A stretch of DNA of 64,000 nucleotides from Thermodesulfobacteriota bacterium (GCA_965216785.1 OZ244197.1:2016001-2080000); one strand, 5' to 3'; counted from the first letter of the stretch, positions 17,367 through 28,842 are shown. Notes: generated by a model not told the origin, from the letters alone. Made by a program: numbers and translations.

Positions 17367-17463
17367 GAGGTCCGAAGGGTGACTAAGATTCAGGAAAAAC
17401 ACTAAAGTATGAAACTGTAATTGGAATAGCCCCGTATATGAGTATTGTACGGAGGTAAACAGC

Positions 17464-18018
17464 ATGAAAGAGAACATTATAATGACGATAACGATGATAT
17501 TCGCGCTTACGGCGCTTATGCCGCTTCTCGGGGGGCAGTTCTACAGCCATTACGTGGCAAGCGCGTTTGATGAGACAAGCTATGAAAAACAGACCGACGA
17601 CGAGCTTAAAGAAAAGCTCACGCCGCTTCAGTATAAGGTGACTCAGCACGAGGGTACGGAAAGGCCGTTTAATAACGAGTACTGGGACAACAAAGAGCCG
17701 GGAATTTACGTGGATATAGTCTCGGGCGAGCCGCTGTTCAGCTCTACGGATAAGTTTCGCTCGGGAACGGGCTGGCCGAGCTTCACAAAGCCGCTTGAGG
17801 CCAAAAACGTGGTGCAGGAAAAGGACTATAAGCTTCTTGTGCCGAGAACTGAGGTAAGGAGCAAGCACGCGGACTCTCACCTGGGACACGTGTTTAAGGA
17901 CGGACCCGCTCCGACGGGGCTAAGGTATTGTATAAATTCCGCATCGCTCAGGTTTGTCCCTAAAGATAAATTGGCGGAAGAAGGGTACGGGGAATACGTA
18001 GTACTATTTGAGAACTAG
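17464..18018 (+). CDS. msrB: Exported peptide-methionine (R)-S-oxide reductase
   Basis: [31 protein letters not shown]; N-terminal signal peptide. Confidence 0.95.
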   Translation: MKENIIMTITMIFALTALMPLLGGQFYSHYVASAFDETSYEKQTDDELKEKLTPLQYKVTQHEGTERPFNNEYWDNKEPGIYVDIVSGEPLFSSTDKFRSGTGWPSFTKPLEAKNVVQEKDYKLLVPRTEVRSKHADSHLGHVFKDGPAPTGLRYCINSASLRFVPKDKLAEEGYGEYVVLFEN

Positions 18019-18040
18019 ACTATCCTCCTTTAAGAAACAT

Positions 18041-18078
18041 AGCGCCGGGGCCTGATTTCTATATAGGCTTCCGGCGTT
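18041..18078. terminator. Hairpin between convergent genes
   Basis: GCGCCGGGGCCT...AGGCTTCCGGCGT imperfect stem. Confidence 0.5.
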
Positions 18079-18709
18079 ATTTTAAGTGCTTATTAATCAA
18101 TTGCTCGATCAATTTAAGACTGGCCTCGGTGTCCCTGTGACCGAACCAGTGCTCAAGAATGTTCATATCTCGGTCGAAGACTACCCAGCTTGGGGTGCCG
18201 CGCATGAGATTCACGGTGAATGTGTAAGAGCCCGGGCCAAGGACCTTTAGATTCTGCATGATGTTGGCTATGGCGGTCTCCTGTTCCTCCTGACTTAAGT
18301 CCTCAAAGCCTTTTTTGGTCATACAGATCCTGCGCGCGTCCTCGGGCGTATAGAACTCTGCGGGGTCTTCTACAAACAGGTCGAGCGCGACCGGGAAGTC
18401 GATAGAGTAGGGCAGCTCGGACATGCCGTTTTCCTCAAGGTAGCGCTTGGTCTCGCCTACCAGTGTGCCGTCTTTTAAGAGCAGCTCGGCGTTTTGCTCG
18501 CTGTTATACTCAAAATCCTCAAATGCCGTAGCAAGCCCTAGCATCTTAAATCCGCCGCTGCCGTATCGCTTGTAAATCTCGCTTGCGAGCGGCAGAGCGT
18601 ATGCGAAGCAGCCCGGGCAGTTGACCTGAAACGCCAGGAGCGCGTTAAGCCCAGCGGGCTCGAATTCGCCCTGGAGAGTCTTGGAGGTTTTAAGATATAG
18701 TTTTTGCAT
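18077..18709 (-). CDS. Redoxin/TlpA-like thioredoxin-fold protein
   Basis: FQVNCPGC, ATAFE, MRGTPSW cis-Pro loop. Confidence 0.8.
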   Translation of the reverse strand: MQKLYLKTSKTLQGEFEPAGLNALLAFQVNCPGCFAYALPLASEIYKRYGSGGFKMLGLATAFEDFEYNSEQNAELLLKDGTLVGETKRYLEENGMSELPYSIDFPVALDLFVEDPAEFYTPEDARRICMTKKGFEDLSQEEQETAIANIMQNLKVLGPGSYTFTVNLMRGTPSWVVFDRDMNILEHWFGHRDTEASLKLIEQLINKHLK

Positions 18710-18771
18710 AGTGCTTTCTTTATATGGGAGGCGGGCCCTTTTTTGAGCCCGCCCTTTTTGAAGGTACTAGT

Positions 18772-19524
18772 TTATTTGACTTTATAGGGTAATGAAAGGT
18801 CTCCTGAGAGAACGCCGTAGACTTCATATACGCCAAGCAGCGGGCGTTTTTCGTCTTTAGTATTGAGCTCCATATAAGCGCTGACCGCGTCGAAGTTAAA
18901 CTCTTTTTTATTGTTTATGCGCTGTGAGGGAACAAGGACTTTTATATTGTTTCCAGCGCTAACTACAGAGAATCCGGGCGAGTCCATGAACATAGGCTTA
19001 CCTGGGCTTGTCGACGGCAGTATTACAGAGGTGTCTTCCCTTTTAAACTCTATAACCGACAGCCCTCCTTTGACTCTTTCATCCGGACCCAAGACCACCC
19101 AATGCGTGTGCCAGGTTACTCCGTCATTCGCGTAATTCCCGTCATTGTTTTCATCCCAAAGAGGAGTGTCGTCAAAATCCGGGTGAGCGGCAACGGCAAG
19201 AGCCACAACACCGTCCATCTTGCTAAAACCGACGTCCTCGGATTTTAAGCTTGTTGGAAACACATATACAAGCACGGGCGCCCCGTTCAAGTCTCCGCGG
19301 GCTGTGGGCACTGTTTTGCCCGCTTGTCCTTCGACAGTTAATTCAAATACCAGCAGGTCGAGATCTTCCGTGTAGCTTACGTCCGCCGCCTTTATGTCCA
19401 TATCTTTGGTGTTAAGCGTAGCTATTTCTTCTTCCGACGCTACCTGGGCCGATGCCAAGGTGCTTACAAACATAAGTGTAATCAAAACTAAACAGCTGAA
19501 TAAAAATCTTGATGATAAAATCAT
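18772..19524 (-). CDS. Uncharacterised exported protein
   Basis: Signal peptide ending ASA; HPDFDDTPLWDEN and WHTHWVVL motifs; GGAGG RBS. Confidence 0.75.
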   Translation of the reverse strand: MILSSRFLFSCLVLITLMFVSTLASAQVASEEEIATLNTKDMDIKAADVSYTEDLDLLVFELTVEGQAGKTVPTARGDLNGAPVLVYVFPTSLKSEDVGFSKMDGVVALAVAAHPDFDDTPLWDENNDGNYANDGVTWHTHWVVLGPDERVKGGLSVIEFKREDTSVILPSTSPGKPMFMDSPGFSVVSAGNNIKVLVPSQRINNKKEFNFDAVSAYMELNTKDEKRPLLGVYEVYGVLSGDLSLPYKVK

Positions 19525-19611
19525 TTTTACTGCCTCCTTTTGTAGTTGATAAAATTCCGGGAAGAAGAAGGACTAGCTGCAGCAGTCCCTCATTCCCCCG
19601 GTTTGCAATGT

Positions 19612-19845
19612 CTACTTCAGATCTTCTATTGACGCTCCGAAGTTGATATGGAAGGCTTGGCCGTCCATTACAATCGCGGGTACAGACTTTACGCCCGCCT
19701 GCTCGGCTTCGGCAACACGTCCGCTCTGCTCTCCCAGGTGAACACTCTCCACATCATATTTACTTGGGTCTAAAGAGTTCGCGAGGCCGTTTTCGGCGCT
19801 GACGCATACCGGACATCCCGCGTGATAAAAAGTAGCTTTACTCAT
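19612..19845 (-). CDS. Small thioredoxin/glutaredoxin-like protein
   Basis: MSKATFYHAGCPVC...GVKSVPA; GGAGG RBS before ATG 19845. Confidence 0.85.
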   Translation of the reverse strand: MSKATFYHAGCPVCVSAENGLANSLDPSKYDVESVHLGEQSGRVAEAEQAGVKSVPAIVMDGQAFHINFGASIEDLK

Positions 19846-19868
19846 AATTAATACCTCCGTTTTGTATT

Positions 19869-19933
19869 GTATCGAGTCGATACTAATAATGCCATGTCCG
19901 GAAATATTTGTCAAACTCGTATCGAGACGATAC
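19869..19933. promoter_or_regulatory. Two palindromic operators overlapping the divergent promoter region
   Basis: GTATCGAGTCGATAC (19869-19883) and GTATCGAGACGATAC (19919-19933); the second lies within TTGTCA-17-TACAAT (19908-19936). Confidence 0.75.
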
Positions 19934-19945
19934 AATATAAGCAAT

Positions 19946-20527
19946 ATGGAATCTCAAAGAATAGCTTCTCTCGTTGAACGCCTGGGTAACCTGCTCCGCT
20001 CTGAAGACCGGGTAGCGGGCTCCGGCGCGGGGCTACAGCCCATACACATGCAGATACTCCGCTACTTGTCTGTTTGCAACAGGTACAGCGACACGCCCGC
20101 CGGGGTGGGGGAGTTTGTGGGCGCTACGAAGGGCACTACTTCACAGAGTATCAACGTGCTCGAAAGAAAGGGGTATCTAAAAAAGCGTCCTGACAACGAG
20201 GACGGGCGCATAGTGCACCTTGCTCTTACGGCCAAAGCGCGGCGTTTTATAGAGAAGGAATTTCCTCCGGCTGAATTTTCGGAAGCGGTAACGGCTATGA
20301 GGCCCGGAGACGGGGCAAAATTATCTGAGCTCTTGAATGAATTGCTCGTACTCCTTCAGAGGCAGAACGAAGGAATTGCTTTTGGCGTATGCAACACATG
20401 CCGCTACTTCAAAAGAGACGGGCTTGCGGATTCCCACCAATGCGGGCTGACAGGTGAGCCTCTTGCCGAGCACGAAAGCTTTATGATCTGCCGAGAGCAC
20501 GAATACCCCTCTGAAAAGGCTGTTTAG
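19946..20527 (+). CDS. MarR-family regulator with Cys-rich C-terminal domain
   Basis: wHTH (TKGTTSQSINVLERKGY...DGR); C-terminal CxxC...C...C. Confidence 0.85.
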   Translation: MESQRIASLVERLGNLLRSEDRVAGSGAGLQPIHMQILRYLSVCNRYSDTPAGVGEFVGATKGTTSQSINVLERKGYLKKRPDNEDGRIVHLALTAKARRFIEKEFPPAEFSEAVTAMRPGDGAKLSELLNELLVLLQRQNEGIAFGVCNTCRYFKRDGLADSHQCGLTGEPLAEHESFMICREHEYPSEKAV

Positions 20528-20635
20528 TATCTCTATAGCTTTCCAACCATTTTAGGATTGACACGGAAACAAAATTAAAGTAGTTCTTAGGTAATGGGAC
20601 GATGTTCCCAATTTTATTTATAAGAGGATGATAAG

Positions 20636-21007
20636 ATGGCGCTTACCGCACAGATGAAAGAAAGAGAGCCCGGAGTGATTGTATTCACGCCCTCAGGGAG
20701 TCTTGACACAAATACCTATCAGATATTAGAGGCCAGGGTGGATGACGCGCTCCGCCAATCGCCAAGTACTGTGGTGTTCGACATGGCGGACCTCGAATAC
20801 ATAAGCAGTATGGGACTTCGCGTAATTCTCAAAGCCCAAAAGAACATGAAGCAGCTTGGCGGAAGCGTGCTGCTATTGAACATGCAGCCCCAGATAGAAA
20901 AGGTATTTGAGATCGTAAACGCCCTTCCTTCATTCACTATATTCAAAGACACCGAAGAGATGGACTCTTACCTGGATAAGATGCAGAAGAAAGCGCTTGA
21001 GGAGTGA
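20636..21007 (+). CDS. STAS-domain anti-sigma factor antagonist
   Basis: GSLD, DMADLEYISSMGLR. Confidence 0.9.
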   Translation: MALTAQMKEREPGVIVFTPSGSLDTNTYQILEARVDDALRQSPSTVVFDMADLEYISSMGLRVILKAQKNMKQLGGSVLLLNMQPQIEKVFEIVNALPSFTIFKDTEEMDSYLDKMQKKALEE

Positions 21008-21051
21008 CTATTTCTCTTCGTGGCTAAACTAATTCATAACGCCGGATTATT

Positions 21052-21237
21052 CACCCCCACCTTTAATCCTCCCCCCCTCAAGGGGGAGGAAATATAATTA
21101 AGACAATAGATGAGATCCCGGATCAAGTCCGGGATGACAAGTAATATACTGTCATTGCGAGCGTAGTGAAGCAATCTCCTGGGTCTTGACAGCAAATTCA
21201 GCAAGAGAGATTGCAGCGGATCCTTCGGAGCCTCGTA
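21052..21237. repeat. Cluster of three different short palindromic (REP/RPE-like) elements
   Basis: TCCTCCCCC..GGGGGAGGA; ATCCCGGA-TCAAG-TCCGGGATGACA; TGTCATTGCGAG..GCAATCTC..GAGATTGC..CTCG. Confidence 0.75.
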
Positions 21238-22617
21238 TTAAATAACAAGCTCGGTGTTGGAATAGGCCGAGAACCAGCCGAACCAGAACGCTCTATGGGC
21301 GGGGAGCCTGAAGAGTTCCTCACCACTTGGGGACACGAGCTTTGATTCCGTCACAGACCATTTTGCGCCGCTTGCATCGGTCGCAATAGTCTCTTGGTCC
21401 CAAGTCTGAAACCTATTTCCTTTTGTTTCATACACCCTGGAAGCGCCGGATTTATCTGTTAGTACGACGAATTCTAAGTCCCCTACATTCTTGTGAAATA
21501 CCGGGTTTTCGGATAGGAACTCGACCCCTATCGCAAGGGGCTTGTCGGGATGCTGGCTGAATACGAGACCCAGGACCTCATCTTTATTTTTCAGCCGCCT
21601 GTCTAGCTTGGGGACACCAAACATAAGCTCGTCTGTGGCGAAATACTCCCTGTATGCCGCGCCCTCGTCGTAGTCTCTTTTGTGGCCCGTGTCCAGTGAT
21701 AGAACTTTTGTGCCCGGGTGGCGTTTCTTCCACTCACCCCATGTGGTTGTAACGATGCCCATACGCTCAAGCTCTATGTCTTTGCCGACCAGCTTTCCGA
21801 TGACCGGCCTTCCCCAAAGGGTATTCCACAGAGACTGCGTTTCCTTGTCGTACATGAGCTTGTTCGAGCGGTATAAAAAGCCGCTTGTGCCGATCTGGTG
21901 ATTCACTCCGTTATGCTCTGTTTTATAAAGGATCATAGAGCCGCAGAGTGTGCAGTACACCCCCGCGACAGGCACGCCGCCTACCTCGTCTACAAACATC
22001 TCATGCCAGGCCATGATGCGCTTGGGATAAGCTCTTGCGTCCCCGTTTACCTCTAGGCCGAACACGATGTTCGAGTCCTCTAAATACTTAGCGTCTTTCG
22101 CGGCTATCATCTTGGGCTGTCTTAACGGCGGTATGCCGTCCTGCTTAACACCTCCCCACCTGACCTCGTCTAGCCTGATCTCTGTAGGATATTCGCTTGA
22201 GAAGTAGCCTTTGAATTTTGGGTCTATGAGTCCGTACAGGAGCGCCTTGAACTCGGGGTACGAGGGGTGTTTCTGCTCGTCCTGGTTCCATATCCATTCA
22301 TACCATTTGTCTATTTGATAACCGTTTTTCTGCCCCGTTTTTTCTTCCAGGGTCTTTACAAGCTCGCCCGTAAACTCCGGGTCGCGGGTGAGGTAGATGA
22401 CCTCTACCATCATAATCGCGAATGACGGCTCCCAGTTCTCTTGTATATATTCGAGTGCCTTTTCTCTATCCCCGGGAGGGGCAATGAGGAGCGCCAGAAA
22501 GGAGGCCGGGACCATGTCCTCGTCTGATATCTTTTCCTGTGCTTGTGCTTTGTTAGCAGCTCCAAAGCTTCCAATAACTAAAATTACTAGCAATACAATA
22601 GAGTGAAAGTTCATCAT
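21238..22617 (-). CDS. Exported DUF3179-domain protein
   Basis: GGVKQDGIPPL, ARAYP, WHE, YCTLCGS, GTSGFLYRSN, FWFGW. Confidence 0.85.
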   Translation of the reverse strand: MMNFHSIVLLVILVIGSFGAANKAQAQEKISDEDMVPASFLALLIAPPGDREKALEYIQENWEPSFAIMMVEVIYLTRDPEFTGELVKTLEEKTGQKNGYQIDKWYEWIWNQDEQKHPSYPEFKALLYGLIDPKFKGYFSSEYPTEIRLDEVRWGGVKQDGIPPLRQPKMIAAKDAKYLEDSNIVFGLEVNGDARAYPKRIMAWHEMFVDEVGGVPVAGVYCTLCGSMILYKTEHNGVNHQIGTSGFLYRSNKLMYDKETQSLWNTLWGRPVIGKLVGKDIELERMGIVTTTWGEWKKRHPGTKVLSLDTGHKRDYDEGAAYREYFATDELMFGVPKLDRRLKNKDEVLGLVFSQHPDKPLAIGVEFLSENPVFHKNVGDLEFVVLTDKSGASRVYETKGNRFQTWDQETIATDASGAKWSVTESKLVSPSGEELFRLPAHRAFWFGWFSAYSNTELVI

Positions 22618-22880
22618 GTGAGATTAGATGGTTTATGTATGAAAAAGAAGCGAATGATTTTATGATTAGTTTGAGAATCGGCAAGCTGTAAATATAGCTC
22701 CAGCATCCTAATACTGTCTTTACACATCTCATAGTACATAGAATAATAAGCTTGAATATTCCGGCACAGTGTATAAGTTTTCTCTAAATCTTATAACCGG
22801 GTATAATTATTCTTCCAATTGAGTAATAAATACTTCAAAATATTGGTAAAAATCACACATTTATAAAAGAGGTCTGTAAT

Positions 22881-24188
22881 ATGAAAGTCGATATAGAGAA
22901 TATAAGCGGGACAGAGAGGAAGATGAGCGTTGTGCTCCCGCTGGAACAGGTGCAGGAAATAAGATCGAAAGTTTTTGATGAGATAAGACAGAGCGCGAAA
23001 ATAAAGGGATTTCGCCCGGGGAAGGCTCCGGTGAACGTAATCGAATCCGCGTATAAAAACGAGATTCTTTCAGAAGTGGCGACAAGGCTCGTGCACAATT
23101 CGCTCGAGAGCGCGCTAAATGAGGTGGACGCGTCCCCTATCAGCAGACCTCATATCGACCCGCCAAAGGAATTTACAACGGATAAAGACTTTGAATACAC
23201 GGCTACTTTTGAAGTGCTTCCGGAAATAAAGCTTGCGGAATACAAAGGGCTCGAGCTTAAAAAAGAAGTCGGTGAAGTGAGCGAACACGACGTGGAGCAC
23301 GCTCTAAAGCACCTTCAGGAGCACAAGGCCGAGGTTAAGCCGTATGAAAAGAAAAAGGCAATCAAAAAAGGTGACATCGCTGTCATCGACTTTGAAGGAA
23401 CTCTTGACGGAGAGCCTATCGAAGACCTAAAGCGGCAGGACGTACCGTTCGTTGTGGGCGAGGAAAAGATGATCCCCGAGTTTGAAGAAAGCGTGCTGGG
23501 GATGAAAAAGGGAGAAGAAAAGGAGTTAGACGTAACTTACGACGAGGATTTTCAGATAGAAGAGGCCGCGGGAAAGACTGTGAACTTTAAAGTCACGGTA
23601 AAAGACGTGCAGCAGAGAATATTGCCTGAGCTCAACGACGAGCTGGCTAAAGAGATAGGCGTTGACGACCTTAAGGGTCTTAAAGAAAAGGTAAAGAGTG
23701 ATCTTGGAAATCAGCTCGATCAGCAGTCACAGACTAAGCTGCGGGCGGACCTGCTGGACGTACTTGTAGAGAAAAACCCAGTGGACGCGCCGCCGAGTCT
23801 GGTGCACGAAGAAGCCATGAGGCTGGCCCAGGGCATACAGCAGGGTATGCAGCAGCGCGGGCTGCCCGAGAGGGAGCTTGACGAAGAGGCTCAGAGGATG
23901 GTCGCGGAGCGCGCGGTTAGAAATGTAAAGGCCTCGATTGTGCTCGGAGAGATCTCAAGGGCCGAGGAAATTAAGGTCTCGGATGAGGATATAAATGAAA
24001 ATCTCGCGGGTATAGCGCAGAACTACAATATATCCGTTGATCAGGTGCGCGACATATATCAAGAGAATAAACTCCTGGAAGGTCTGGAAGCAAACCTCGC
24101 GGAGCAGAAAGTTATTGATTTTATTATAGAAAACGCCAAAATCGAGGAGGTTAAAGCAGAGCTAAATCACGTTGACAATAAAGACTGA
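22881..24188 (+). CDS. tig: Trigger factor
   Basis: GFRPGKAP signature, FKBP domain, position upstream of clpP. Confidence 0.97.
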   Translation: MKVDIENISGTERKMSVVLPLEQVQEIRSKVFDEIRQSAKIKGFRPGKAPVNVIESAYKNEILSEVATRLVHNSLESALNEVDASPISRPHIDPPKEFTTDKDFEYTATFEVLPEIKLAEYKGLELKKEVGEVSEHDVEHALKHLQEHKAEVKPYEKKKAIKKGDIAVIDFEGTLDGEPIEDLKRQDVPFVVGEEKMIPEFEESVLGMKKGEEKELDVTYDEDFQIEEAAGKTVNFKVTVKDVQQRILPELNDELAKEIGVDDLKGLKEKVKSDLGNQLDQQSQTKLRADLLDVLVEKNPVDAPPSLVHEEAMRLAQGIQQGMQQRGLPERELDEEAQRMVAERAVRNVKASIVLGEISRAEEIKVSDEDINENLAGIAQNYNISVDQVRDIYQENKLLEGLEANLAEQKVIDFIIENAKIEEVKAELNHVDNKD

Positions 24189-24200
24189 ACTCTGTATACT
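24172..24200 (+). promoter_or_regulatory. sigma70 promoter for clpP overlapping the end of tig
   Basis: TTGACA-17-TATACT, ending 8 nt before the clpP ATG; no SD. Confidence 0.65.
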
Positions 24201-24208
24201 CAAAAATA

Positions 24209-24808
24209 ATGTCCAGCTACGTTCCCATTGTAATTGAACAGACCAGCAGAGGCGAGAGGGCATATGACATTTTTTCCCGGTTATTAAAAGACAGGATTGT
24301 TTTTATCGGGTCCGCGATTAATGACGCCGTGGCAGATACCGTTATAGCTCAGCTACTGTTTTTGGAATCCGAAAATCCTGAAAAAGACATATATATCTAC
24401 GTTAATTCTCCAGGCGGACACGTGACATCAGGGCTAGCGATCTATGACACAATACAGTATGTGAAACCGGATGTGGCAACGATGTGCATCGGTCAGGCGG
24501 CGAGCATGGCGGCAGTGCTTTTAGCGGCAGGGGCAAAGGGTAAGCGTTATGCGCTCCCGCACGCAAGGGTGATGCTGCATCAGGTACTCGGCGGAGTGGA
24601 AGGACAGGCGACGGATATAGAGATACACGCAAAAGAAATCCTCAGGATTCGTGAGGAGCTGAACAACATACTGGCAAAGCATACGAGCCAGCCGATTGAG
24701 AAGATTTCATTGGACACGGAGCGCGATTTTTTCCTCCGGCCAAAAGACGCCTTAGATTATGGGCTGGTAGATGCTATAATTACAAATAGAGAGGAGGCTG
24801 AAAAGTGA
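24209..24808 (+). CDS. clpP: ATP-dependent Clp protease proteolytic subunit
   Basis: [27 protein letters not shown]. Confidence 0.98.
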   Translation: MSSYVPIVIEQTSRGERAYDIFSRLLKDRIVFIGSAINDAVADTVIAQLLFLESENPEKDIYIYVNSPGGHVTSGLAIYDTIQYVKPDVATMCIGQAASMAAVLLAAGAKGKRYALPHARVMLHQVLGGVEGQATDIEIHAKEILRIREELNNILAKHTSQPIEKISLDTERDFFLRPKDALDYGLVDAIITNREEAEK

Positions 24809-26082
24809 CTTCGAGACGGGACGCAAAAGAGGGAAAACTCTACTGCTCTTTTTGCGGAAAGAGCCAAAAAGAAGTAAGAAAGCTTATTGCCGGGCCTACC
24901 GTTTATATTTGTAACGAATGTATTGAGCTCTGCAATGAAATAATAGCCGATGAAGACGCCAAAGAAGGCGTCCTCAAAAAGAAATATTCCACCCTTCCTA
25001 CGCCTTCACAGATTAAGAAGTTTTTGGACGAATATGTGATCGGCCAGGAAAGCGCTAAAAAGATACTTTCCGTAGCGGTTTATAACCACTACAAAAGGGT
25101 AGAGCTAAACGCCTATACGAACAGCAAGAAAAACGCGGACGTAGAGGTGCAGAAGAGTAACATACTCATGATTGGTCCTACGGGTAGCGGTAAGACGCTG
25201 CTCGCTCAGACACTTGCCCGTCTGCTCGACGTGCCGTTCACAATCGTGGACGCCACATGCTACACCGAGGCCGGGTACGTGGGCGAGGACGTTGAGAACA
25301 TGATCGTAAGCCTGCTTCAAGCAGCGGATTATGACCTTGAAAGGGCTTCTAAAGGTATTATATATATAGATGAGATTGACAAGCTTGCGCGCAAAACCGG
25401 GGACAGCCCTTCGATAACAAGGGACGTTTCGGGTGAGGGAGTGCAGCAGGCTTTACTAAAAATTATGGAAGGTACCAAGGCAAATGTACCGCCCAAAGGC
25501 GGAAGAAAACATCCTCAGCAGGAGTTCCTGCAGATTGATACGACAAATATTCTCTTTGTCTGCGGGGGAGCGTTCTGCGGGCTTGAAGATTTAATCAAGC
25601 AGAGGATTGGTGAAAAATCGATTGGGTTTGAAGCTAATCTTGGAAATGTAGATGAAATGGACCTGGGAGCGGTTCTTAAGGAAGTGCAGCCGGAGGACCA
25701 GATACAGTTCGGGCTAATACCCGAGTTTGTTGGCCGAATTCCGGTGGTAGCCACTCTTGAGGAGCTTAGCGAAGAGTCTTTTGTCGAGATTCTTACAAAA
25801 CCCAAAAACGCTATCATTAAGCAGTTCCAGAAACTCATGGAGCTTGAAGGAGTCGAGCTTGAAGTTACAGACGGCGCGCTGATTGAGATCGCTAAGGAAG
25901 CGATCGCGAGAAAAACCGGCGCCCGAGGGCTCAGAGCTATTATAGAGACCGTTATGCTCGATATATCCTACGAGGTTCCGTCACTGAAAGGGCTTACGCG
26001 TTGTGTAATAACGGAGGAAGTCATCAACGGTACGGGCGAGCCTCTATTTATCTATGAAGAGGAAGCCCGCTTAGGTACTTAG
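24805..26082 (+). CDS. clpX: ATP-dependent Clp protease ATP-binding subunit
   Basis: CSFCGK zinc domain, [19 protein letters not shown] loop. Confidence 0.98.
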   Translation: MTSRRDAKEGKLYCSFCGKSQKEVRKLIAGPTVYICNECIELCNEIIADEDAKEGVLKKKYSTLPTPSQIKKFLDEYVIGQESAKKILSVAVYNHYKRVELNAYTNSKKNADVEVQKSNILMIGPTGSGKTLLAQTLARLLDVPFTIVDATCYTEAGYVGEDVENMIVSLLQAADYDLERASKGIIYIDEIDKLARKTGDSPSITRDVSGEGVQQALLKIMEGTKANVPPKGGRKHPQQEFLQIDTTNILFVCGGAFCGLEDLIKQRIGEKSIGFEANLGNVDEMDLGAVLKEVQPEDQIQFGLIPEFVGRIPVVATLEELSEESFVEILTKPKNAIIKQFQKLMELEGVELEVTDGALIEIAKEAIARKTGARGLRAIIETVMLDISYEVPSLKGLTRCVITEEVINGTGEPLFIYEEEARLGT

Positions 26083-26112
26083 GATGTAATTCCAGCAGTC
26101 AAGGAGAATGCC

Positions 26113-28542
26113 ATGCCAATGTTCTTTAAGAATGAAGAGGGCAAGGGGCAAATCGAGACCTTACCGCTATTGCCGTTAAGGGACGTCGTTATATTTCCTT
26201 ATATGGTGGCACCGCTATTCGTGGGGCGCGAGAAGTCTATACGCGCGCTCGAAGAGGCGATGAAAAAGAATAAGGAAATATTCCTTGTCGCTCAGAGGGA
26301 TGCTAAGACGAACGATCCTTCGGAGAAGGATATTTATGAAATCGGAACGATTGGAACGATAGTGCAGATGCTGAGATTGCCCGACGGCACCGTAAAAGTG
26401 CTGGTAGAAGGCAAGAAGAGGGCACGCATACATAACTATGTACCGCAGAAAAGCTATTTCCTCGTAGAGGTTGAGGAAGTGCCTGAGCCCGATGAGCTGG
26501 GTGTTGAGACGGAAGCGCTCATACGCACCCTCATTACAGCGTTTGAAAACTATGTGAAACTGAACAAAAAAATACCGTCCGAGGTACTAGTCACAGTCTC
26601 TTCGATTGAAGAGGCCGGGCGCCTTTCGGACACTATATCCTCACACCTCGGGTTTAAGCTCGAGGACAAGCAGGAGATATTGGAAACTCTGGACCCGGCT
26701 GAGAGGCTCGAGAAGATTTACGAGAAGATTCAGGCCGAAGTTGAGATCCTGCAGATAGAAAAGAAGATACGCTCCCGCGTCAAAAAGCAGATGGAAAAGG
26801 CGCAGAAGGAGTACTATCTGACCGAGCAGATGAGGGCTATTCAGAAAGAGCTCGGTGAAAAGGACGACCTTAAATCGGAGCTTCAGGAGTTTGAAGAGAA
26901 GCTAAAGAGTAAGAACATGCCTGAAGAGGCCGAGGAAAAGGTCAAAAAAGAGATAAAGAAACTAAAGCAGATGTCGCCTATGTCGGCTGAAGCCACTGTG
27001 GTCAGAAACTACATTGATTGGCTTCTCGCGATCCCGTGGACTGATGAAATGACAGAGGACAGGATCGACATAGACGAGGCGCAAAAGATACTTGACGAAG
27101 ACCACTTCGGCCTTGAAAAGCCAAAAGAAAGGATAATCGAGTATCTTGCCGTGCAGGCCCTTACTTCTAAAATCAAGGGGCCGATACTGTGCTTAGTAGG
27201 TCCTCCCGGAGTGGGTAAGACCTCTCTCGCTAAATCTATCGCTCGCTCGATGGGGCGTAAGTTCGTACGCGTATCCCTGGGTGGAGTGAGGGATGAAGCT
27301 GAGATCCGAGGGCACCGCCGCACATACATCGGCGCTATGCCCGGGAAGATTATTCAGGGAATAAGAAAAGCGGGGACTACGAACCCTGTGTTTCTGCTCG
27401 ACGAAATAGACAAGCTCGGAATGGACTTTAGGGGAGACCCGGCTTCGGCACTGCTGGAGGCGCTCGACCCTGAGCAGAATAACGCGTTTAACGACCATTA
27501 CGTTGAGCTCGATTACGATCTTTCAAACGTAATGTTTATTACGACAGCTAACGTTCTTCATACTATCCCCTGGGCGCTCCAGGACCGTATGGAGATAATA
27601 AGAATATCGGGTTACACCGAGGACGAGAAGCTTGAGATTGCGAAGAAATTCCTGATCCCCAAGCAGAGAGAGTCTCACGGTTTAAAGAAAGAGAACTTGA
27701 AGCTCTCTGACAACGCTGTGCTCGAAGTAATCAGGCGATACACAAGAGAAGCCGGCGTAAGGACGCTCGAGCGTGAAGTAGCTACCCTTTGCAGGAAGGC
27801 GGCGCGCGATATCGTCAAGAAAGGAGCTGACCATACTGTAAAGATCAGCCCTTCGGTACTTCAGAAGCAGAGCTTTTTGGGTATACCGAAGTTTAAGTAC
27901 GGCGAGATCGAAGAAAAGGACCATGTCGGGATGTCGACAGGGCTCGCCTGGACTGAAGTAGGCGGCGAGCTGCTTACGATTGAGGTCTCGGTAGTTCCCG
28001 GTAAGGGCAATTTCACCGTTACGGGTAAGCTGGGTGAAGTGATGCAGGAGTCCACACAGGCCGCTATGAGCTATGTACGCTCTAGGGCCGATAGACTTGG
28101 CCTCGAGCGGAACTTCCATCAGAAAGTGGATGTTCACATTCACGTACCCGAGGGCGCGACGCCCAAGGACGGACCTTCTGCGGGTATAGCAATATCTACG
28201 GCAATAGTGTCCGCTCTTATACGCAAGCCCGTGAAGCACGACGTCGCCATGACAGGTGAGATTACCCTAAGAGGAAGGGTGCTTCCGATCGGCGGGCTCA
28301 AAGAGAAGATTCTCGCTGCCCACCGGGGTAAAGTGAAGACAGTGATCATACCTCAGGAGAACGAGAAAGACCTTAAAGACATAAGGGACAATATCTTGAA
28401 GGACATAAACGTTGTTCTTGTCGAGCACATGGACAACGTGCTGGACGCGGCCATCGTTTCAGACGGCCCGGTGCTTCAGGAAATCGTTATTCCGCCTCCG
28501 ACCATGACAATGGGCGATGAGGTTGGGGCTAACGTTAATTAG
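26113..28542 (+). CDS. lon: Lon protease
   Basis: [30 protein letters not shown]. Confidence 0.98.
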   Translation: MPMFFKNEEGKGQIETLPLLPLRDVVIFPYMVAPLFVGREKSIRALEEAMKKNKEIFLVAQRDAKTNDPSEKDIYEIGTIGTIVQMLRLPDGTVKVLVEGKKRARIHNYVPQKSYFLVEVEEVPEPDELGVETEALIRTLITAFENYVKLNKKIPSEVLVTVSSIEEAGRLSDTISSHLGFKLEDKQEILETLDPAERLEKIYEKIQAEVEILQIEKKIRSRVKKQMEKAQKEYYLTEQMRAIQKELGEKDDLKSELQEFEEKLKSKNMPEEAEEKVKKEIKKLKQMSPMSAEATVVRNYIDWLLAIPWTDEMTEDRIDIDEAQKILDEDHFGLEKPKERIIEYLAVQALTSKIKGPILCLVGPPGVGKTSLAKSIARSMGRKFVRVSLGGVRDEAEIRGHRRTYIGAMPGKIIQGIRKAGTTNPVFLLDEIDKLGMDFRGDPASALLEALDPEQNNAFNDHYVELDYDLSNVMFITTANVLHTIPWALQDRMEIIRISGYTEDEKLEIAKKFLIPKQRESHGLKKENLKLSDNAVLEVIRRYTREAGVRTLEREVATLCRKAARDIVKKGADHTVKISPSVLQKQSFLGIPKFKYGEIEEKDHVGMSTGLAWTEVGGELLTIEVSVVPGKGNFTVTGKLGEVMQESTQAAMSYVRSRADRLGLERNFHQKVDVHIHVPEGATPKDGPSAGIAISTAIVSALIRKPVKHDVAMTGEITLRGRVLPIGGLKEKILAAHRGKVKTVIIPQENEKDLKDIRDNILKDINVVLVEHMDNVLDAAIVSDGPVLQEIVIPPPTMTMGDEVGANVN

Positions 28543-28567
28543 AAAAAAGGTAGTTTGAAAAGTTTTT

Positions 28568-28599
28568 AAGGGGGCTTAATTCTAAGCCCCCTTTTTTTT
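28568..28599 (+). terminator. Rho-independent terminator of the tig-clp-lon operon
   Basis: GGGGGCTTA-ATTC-TAAGCCCCC followed by a T run. Confidence 0.85.
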
Positions 28600-28749
28600 A
28601 TACGCTAAGCTTATGAAAACCGAGCTTTTATATGTTGAAAACGGTTAAAAATTGTAATTACAGTGTAGACAAGACGGTGAAATTCAGTTATATATTTATC
28701 CCTCTGTGTTACTCCGGATATTAAGTTTTTGTTACCAGAGTATATGCAC

Positions 28750-28824
28750 GGGCGGTTAGCTCAGCGGGAGAGCGCTTGCCTTACAAGCAAGATGTCACAG
28801 GTTCAAATCCTGTACCGCCCACCA
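28750..28824 (+). tRNA. tRNA-Val(TAC)
   Basis: GGGCGGT/ACCGCCC acceptor stem, CTTGC-CTTACAA-GCAAG anticodon arm, CCA end. Confidence 0.97.
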
Positions 28825-28842
28825 CACGAAAAACTTCGCTGC

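Noticed and set aside
21238-22617. Selenoprotein DUF3179
   Set aside because: The CxxC is encoded by ordinary Cys codons, with no in-frame TGA.
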